A stretch of 64,000 nucleotides of DNA from positions 11,656 through 75,655 of the forward strand of contig JAFXST010000028.1 of the NCBI GenBank assembly GCA_017525475.1, given 5' to 3'. Source of the stretch: Kiritimatiellia bacterium (lineage in GTDB: Bacteria; Verrucomicrobiota; Kiritimatiellia; RFP12; UBA1067). The translations under genes were made by a program, and so were the position numbers. Positions 59,596-64,000 of this stretch are shown one piece after another. The notes beneath the pieces are model-generated. The model was given only the letters and a program-made list of their open reading frames with translations, was not told the DNA's origin and made no database searches. The number at the start of each line of letters is the position of its first letter. Position 1 is the first letter of the stretch.

Positions 59596-60291
59596 TTACC
59601 TCCCCTCCTTGCGGTCTCCGCGCTCGCGGCGCTCGCCCCGGCGCTCGGTCCTGGGGGCGCGGGCCTGGAAACCTTCCTTCTTGCAGATCCAAACCTTGAG
59701 GCCGATCTTGCCGGCCGTGGTGTTGGCCTCGGCGAAACCGTAGTCGATGTTGGCGCGGAGCGTGTGCAGCGGCACCTTGCCTTCGCGCGACCACTCGACC
59801 CGGGCGATTTCGGCGCCGTTGATACGGCCGCCGGCGTGGATCTTGATGCCGTCCACGCCCATGTCCATCGCCACCTTCATCGCCCGCTTCATGGCGCGCT
59901 TGAGCGCGATGCGGCGCTCGAGCTGCTGGGCGATCGATTCGGCCACGAGCTGGGCGTCGGCGTCGGCGCCGACCACTTCCTTGATCTCGAGGTAGACTTC
60001 CTTCTTGGTCATCTTCTCGAGGCTGGCGCGCACGGCCTCCACGTCATCGCCCTTCTTGCCGATGATCACGCCGGGGCGTGCGGAGAAGAGGGTTACGCGG
60101 ACGCGGCTCAAATAGCGCTCGATCATGATCTTGGAGACGCCCGCTTCGGCGAAACGCTTCTTGCAGACGTCGCGGATCTGCTGGTCTTCCACCAGATACG
60201 CGCCAAAGGTTTTCTTGGGCGCAAACCAGCGGCTGCCCCAGGCGTGGTTGACGCCGACGCGAAAACCGATCGGATTGACTTTCTGACCCAT
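59596..60291 (-). CDS. rpsC: 30S ribosomal protein S3
   Basis: Starts [14 protein letters not shown] (KH domain). Confidence 0.9.
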   Translation of the reverse strand: MGQKVNPIGFRVGVNHAWGSRWFAPKKTFGAYLVEDQQIRDVCKKRFAEAGVSKIMIERYLSRVRVTLFSARPGVIIGKKGDDVEAVRASLEKMTKKEVYLEIKEVVGADADAQLVAESIAQQLERRIALKRAMKRAMKVAMDMGVDGIKIHAGGRINGAEIARVEWSREGKVPLHTLRANIDYGFAEANTTAGKIGLKVWICKKEGFQARAPRTERRGERRERGDRKEGR

Positions 60292-60638
60292 TATTTAGCC
60301 TCCTTCTTGGCATCGGTGAGCACTACCTTGCAGTGGCACAGGCGGCGGGCGATCGGATGGGCCGAGCCGCGCGCGGTGGGCCAATAGCGGCGCATGCGCA
60401 CCGACTCGTCGAACACGCACAGCTTGACGGTGAGCGTATCGGTGTCGAGCCCGTTGTTGTTCTTGGCGTTGGCCATGGCGCTCAAAAGCGTCTTTTTGAG
60501 GATTTCGGCCGCCTTCTTGGGGCTGAACTCCACGATCTTGAGCGCGTCGGCGGCTTTCAGGCCCTGGCACGCCCGGGCGAGGGGACGGCCCTTGAAAGCC
60601 GACATTCTCGCGTTGCGGGTGATAGCAGTAACTTCCAT
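60291..60638 (-). CDS. rplV: 50S ribosomal protein L22
   Basis: Starts [19 protein letters not shown]. Confidence 0.9.
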   Translation of the reverse strand: MEVTAITRNARMSAFKGRPLARACQGLKAADALKIVEFSPKKAAEILKKTLLSAMANAKNNNGLDTDTLTVKLCVFDESVRMRRYWPTARGSAHPIARRLCHCKVVLTDAKKEAK

Positions 60639-60650
60639 TTTTTACACCCC

Positions 60651-60929
60651 TTACTTGTCGGCCTTGGCCACCGAGTTGCCGTGCGACTTGAACGTGCGCG
60701 TGGGGGCAAACTCGCCGAGGCGGTGTCCGACCATGTTTTCGGTAATGAAGATCGGCATGTGCTGCCGGCCGTTGTGGATGGCGAACGTCAGACCCACGAA
60801 CTCCGGGAGCACCATCGAACGGCGGCTCCAGGTTTTGATGGGCTGCTTCTTGCCGCTCGCCTGCATCTTCTCGACCTTCCGGAGGAGGCTGGCCTCCACG
60901 TAGGGTCCCTTCTTGAGAGAACGTGACAT
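60651..60929 (-). CDS. rpsS: 30S ribosomal protein S19
   Basis: Starts [20 protein letters not shown]. Confidence 0.9.
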   Translation of the reverse strand: MSRSLKKGPYVEASLLRKVEKMQASGKKQPIKTWSRRSMVLPEFVGLTFAIHNGRQHMPIFITENMVGHRLGEFAPTRTFKSHGNSVAKADK

Positions 60930-60932
60930 GGA

Positions 60933-61757
60933 TTATTTCCTCCTCTTGACGATTACCTTGTCCGAAGCCTTGCGCTTGGCGCGGGTCTTGCCGCCCTTGG
61001 CAAGCTGGCCCCACGGCGAACGCGGATGGCTGCCGCCGGAGGTGCGGCCTTCGCCGCCGCCCATCGGGTGGTCGACCGGGTTCATCGCCACGCCGCGCAC
61101 GGTCGGGCGAATACCGAGGTAGCGCTTGCGGCCGGCCTTGCCGAGCTGCACGTTGCCCCAGTCCTTGTTGCCCACCGAGCCGACGCAAGCGAGGCAGCGG
61201 CCGTCGAAAATGCGCACTTCGCCCGAAGGCATCTTGAGCGTCACGCGGTTGCCGTCGCGGGCCATAACCTGGCATTCGTTGCCGGCGCTGCGGGCCACCT
61301 TGGCGCCGCGGCCGGGCACGAGCTCGATGGCGTGCACCATAAGGCCGAGCGGGATCTGCGCGAGCGGCAGACAGTTGCCCACCACCGCTTCGGCCTTGGG
61401 GCCGTTCATCACCTTGGCGCCGACCTTCAGGCCCTCGGGGGCCAGAATGTAGCTCTTCTCGCCGTCGGTATACTCGATGAGCGCGAGATAGGCGCTACGG
61501 GTAGGATCGTAGGCGATGTCCTTGACCGTGGCTTCGACGTCGAACTTGCTCCGGCGGAAGTCCACGATGCGCATGCGCTGCTTGGTGCCGCCGCCGTGGT
61601 GGCGGGTCGTGATGCGGCCCTGGTTGTTGCGGCCCGCGGTCTTGCGGACGGCCTTGGTCAGGCTCTTGACCGGGCGCTTCTCGGTAAGTTCCTCGAACGA
61701 GGGCGAAAGGCGGAAGCGCATTCCCTGGCTGCGAGGCTTGTAGTTCTTGAGTGCCAT
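60933..61757 (-). CDS. rplB: 50S ribosomal protein L2
   Basis: Starts [15 protein letters not shown], with the conserved core [21 protein letters not shown]. Confidence 0.9.
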   Translation of the reverse strand: [274 protein letters not shown]

Positions 61758-61772
61758 ATCTTTTGGGTCTCC

Positions 61773-62054
61773 TTAGACCTGTTCGATGCGCTCGCCGGCC
61801 TTCACGGTGACGATGGCGCGCTTCCAGGTTGCTTCAGTGACTGCACGGCGGGTGCCGCGCACGTACCTCTTGCCGCCCTTGATGTTGGCGGTCCTTACCG
61901 CGAGCACGTGCACGCCGAACTTCTTCTCGACGGCCTCGGCAATCTGCGGCTTGGTGGCCTTGACGGCCACTTCGAGCATATAGCGGTTCTCCACCGACAG
62001 GCGGCTGCCCTTCTCGGTGATCAGCACCCTCTTGATGATCTCTTCGTTCGTCAT
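61773..62054 (-). CDS. rplW: 50S ribosomal protein L23
   Basis: Start is MTNEEIIKRVLITEKG. An alternative upstream ATG at 62075 would add 7 aa. Confidence 0.85.
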   Translation of the reverse strand: MTNEEIIKRVLITEKGSRLSVENRYMLEVAVKATKPQIAEAVEKKFGVHVLAVRTANIKGGKRYVRGTRRAVTEATWKRAIVTVKAGERIEQV

Positions 62055-62064
62055 GTTAAGCTCC

Positions 62065-62658
62065 TTACTTGGCAAGACGCTCGATGAGCGCGTCGAAACC
62101 GGCCTGGTCGCAGACGACCTGCTTGCTGACCATGAGCGTGTAGACGTCGATGGCCCGGGCGGTGGAATAATCGATGCGCGGCAGGTTGCTGGTGACGAGA
62201 ATCACCGTTTCGTCCGCGTCCTTCTGCACCACCACGGCGCTGCGCTCCACGCCCAAGTCCTTGAGGAGCTTGGCCATGAGCTTGGTCTTGGGGGCCTCGA
62301 AGTCGAACTTGTCGACCACGATCACCTCGCCGGCCGCGAGCTTGTCGCTCAGCACGCGCTTGAACGCCAGGTTCCACACCTTCTTGTTGAGCTTCTGCTC
62401 GAAGCAGCGCGGCTTGGGGCCGTGCGCCACGCCGCCGCCGCGCCACACCGGGCTCTGGCGGAAGCCGGCGCGGGCGTTGCCCGTACCCTTCTGCTTCCAG
62501 GGCTTCTTGTTGGAGCCGGCCACTTCGCCCTTGCCCTTGGTGCTGGCGGTGCCTGCACGCATGGCGTTGCGGATGGCGGTTACGGCGTCCTTGACGGCCT
62601 GCGCGCCCTTGTCGGTGACGAGCAGCGCCTTGTCGAAAACAGTTTCAACCTTGGTCAT
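62065..62658 (-). CDS. rplD: 50S ribosomal protein L4
   Basis: L4 family, 197 aa. Confidence 0.9.
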   Translation of the reverse strand: MTKVETVFDKALLVTDKGAQAVKDAVTAIRNAMRAGTASTKGKGEVAGSNKKPWKQKGTGNARAGFRQSPVWRGGGVAHGPKPRCFEQKLNKKVWNLAFKRVLSDKLAAGEVIVVDKFDFEAPKTKLMAKLLKDLGVERSAVVVQKDADETVILVTSNLPRIDYSTARAIDVYTLMVSKQVVCDQAGFDALIERLAK

Positions 62659-62661
62659 TGC

Positions 62662-63312
62662 TTAGGCCCCCTTCTTTACGTTGTTCTTGAGGGACTTGCG
62701 GACTATCACCGTGCCGTTCTTGGCGCCGGGCACCGAACCCTTGACGAGAATGGCGTTGTCTTCGGGGCGGATAGCCACCACCTCGAGATTCATCGCCTTG
62801 CGGTTCACGTCGCCCATGTGGCCGGGCATCTTCTTGCCCTTTTCGATCCAGCCGGGGAGGTCGCGAGCCGCGAGGCCGCCAGTACGGCGCTTGGAGTGGC
62901 CGCCGTGCGTCATGTTGCCGCCCGCGAAGTTGTAGCGCTTCAAAACGCCCGCGAAACCGCGGCCCTTGGTGACGCCGGTCACATCCACGTACTTTACGCC
63001 CTCGAAGTTGGCCACGGTCAGCGTATCGCCCACCTTCACCGCTTCGCCCGCGTCGAGCGCGAATTCCTTGAGCATCCTCACGGCGCCGTCGAGCCCGCCG
63101 GTCTTCTTGAGGTGGCCCGCCTCCGCCTTGGTGAGGCGCTGCGTCTTCTGCACGCCGAAACCGAGCTGGGCGGCCACGTAGCCGTCCTTCTCCAGAGTCT
63201 TGAGCTGCACCACCGGGCAGGGGCCGACTTCGATCACGGTCACGCACGTGCGCTTGCCGTCGGCGTCGTACACCTGGGTCATGCCGATCTTCTTGCCGAT
63301 CAAACCTTCCAT
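62662..63312 (-). CDS. rplC: 50S ribosomal protein L3
   Basis: Starts MEGLIGKKIGMTQVY. Confidence 0.9.
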   Translation of the reverse strand: MEGLIGKKIGMTQVYDADGKRTCVTVIEVGPCPVVQLKTLEKDGYVAAQLGFGVQKTQRLTKAEAGHLKKTGGLDGAVRMLKEFALDAGEAVKVGDTLTVANFEGVKYVDVTGVTKGRGFAGVLKRYNFAGGNMTHGGHSKRRTGGLAARDLPGWIEKGKKMPGHMGDVNRKAMNLEVVAIRPEDNAILVKGSVPGAKNGTVIVRKSLKNNVKKGA

Positions 63313-63322
63313 GTCGACCTCC

Positions 63323-63631
63323 TTAGACCTTGATGGTGATGTCGACGCCGGCAGGCAGATTGAGCTTCTTGAGCTCGTCGATCGTCTGCGCGGTGGGGTT
63401 GACGATGTCGAGAAGGCGCTTGTGGGTGCGCATCTCGAACTGGTCCATGGACTTCTTGTTGACGTTCGGCGAACGGTTCACCGTGAAACGCTCGACACGC
63501 GTGGGGAGCGGGATCGGCCCCACCACCTGCGCACCCGTGCCCCGGGCCGTGTCGATGATGCCACCGACGGCCGTATCCAGCACACGATGGTCGTATGCCT
63601 GGAGGCGGATGCGTACTCTCTGCTGTTGCAT
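63323..63631 (-). CDS. rpsJ: 30S ribosomal protein S10
   Basis: Start is [19 protein letters not shown], with AAGGAAAG 7 nt upstream. The ORF-track start at 63673 is likely too long. Confidence 0.9.
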   Translation of the reverse strand: MQQQRVRIRLQAYDHRVLDTAVGGIIDTARGTGAQVVGPIPLPTRVERFTVNRSPNVNKKSMDQFEMRTHKRLLDIVNPTAQTIDELKKLNLPAGVDITIKV

Positions 63632-63885
63632 TTTGCGTCTTTCCTTGTTGTTTGTTGTCTGGTTGTCCTGCATTTCGGCGGCTACGCAATCGACGGGCTC
63701 GGGATCGCTCCCGGTTGCCGCCGGAGGCCCGTTTCAGGCGCCTCGCGCGCAGTTTTGCTTCCACGCAGTATCCACCTTCCAAAAGCGATGCCCACGGAGC
63801 CGTCGCGCCGTGGGCATGCTTGCCTTCGGACACGACGCGGCCGGATTTACCGACCCGTATCGCACCTCCCTTTTCGGGTGAAAGT
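63632..63885 (-). promoter_or_regulatory. About 250-nt 5' leader of the S10 operon, a candidate L4-type autoregulatory leader
   Basis: This is the interval between the predicted TSS (~63885) and the rpsJ start. The long structured leader is G+C rich. Confidence 0.4.
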
Positions 63886-63891
63886 TGTGCT

Positions 63892-63921
63892 ATTATAGCA
63901 TATTTGCCTTCCTGCTGTCAA
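63892..63921 (-). promoter_or_regulatory. S10-operon promoter. -35 TTGACA (63916-63921), spacer 18 nt, -10 TATAAT (63892-63897)
   Basis: Reverse complement reads ccctaTTGACAgcaggaaggcaaatatgcTATAATagcac. This is a perfect consensus for both hexamers. Confidence 0.7.
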
Positions 63922-64000
63922 TAGGGTATTTTACCTTTTTCCGAGGCGTTCGCCCGAATAGCGGCTGGCGTGGATGGGGCCCCACCACCATTCGTTTTCG

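Noticed and set aside
63930-64000. Possible partial tRNA or terminator at the window edge upstream of the S10 promoter
   Set aside because: Only an imperfect hairpin (ccgaggcgttcgcccg) is visible. No cloverleaf could be assembled from 70 nt.

Overview
This is a high-GC (about 65-68%), very gene-dense stretch of a Gram-negative bacterial chromosome. TonB/ExbBD, TolC, BamD/LptE-like proteins and two PEP-CTERM proteins point loosely to the PVC superphylum (Verrucomicrobia / Kiritimatiellae / Lentisphaerae); this is a weak guess. Nearly every real gene is on the minus strand, and most are chained by 1-4 nt start/stop overlaps.

- **62.1-63.9 kb:** an S10 ribosomal-protein operon behind a consensus sigma70 promoter. 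It is rpsJ-rplC-rplD-rplW-rplB-rpsS-rplV-rpsC-rplP-rpsQ-rplN-rplX-rplE-rpsZ-rpsH-rplF-rplR-rpsE-rplO. There is no L29, no L30, and no secY/adk/rpoA continuation; a hairpin and queA follow rplO.
- **6.1-53.8 kb:** housekeeping and envelope genes.
  - Central metabolism and tRNA synthetases: pgk, rpsT, murI, folB, thiamine pyrophosphokinase, pncC, nifS, ABC-F, fhs, trpS, pheS, corA, tdh-kbl, rnhC, galM.
  - Envelope and transport modules: ExbB-ExbD-TonB, a BatD-like protein, a DegT aminotransferase, a GH95 fucosidase, TatD, an amidase, a MacAB-TolC-type efflux module, and a GldA/F/G-like ABC module with a DUF4340 protein.
  - A minimal Tad-like CpaB / FHA-CpaF / TadB trio sits directly upstream of and translationally coupled to that TolC-MacA-MacB module.
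- **1-6.1 kb:** a lower-GC accessory segment. It holds a partial HUH (IS200/RAYT-like) transposase-domain protein, a possibly frameshifted two-TM gene, and a mirrored pair of two-gene cassettes (secreted repeat protein plus PEP-CTERM protein) bounded by about 50-bp near-identical inverted repeats. Only one copy has a promoter, start codon and signal peptide, which makes it a candidate DNA-inversion expression switch. The segment also holds a DUF4160/DUF2442 gene pair and an unusual terminal-inverted-repeat-bounded 22-bp tandem array with flanking 32-bp direct repeats.
- **Promoters:** eight copies of one promoter type (TTGACA-like -35, 17-18 bp spacer, extended -10 TGGTATAAT) all drive minus-strand units. 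Two of them (17.65 kb, 45.2 kb) sit so close to the ATG that the mRNA is effectively leaderless.

No rRNA, tRNA or CRISPR array was recognised.
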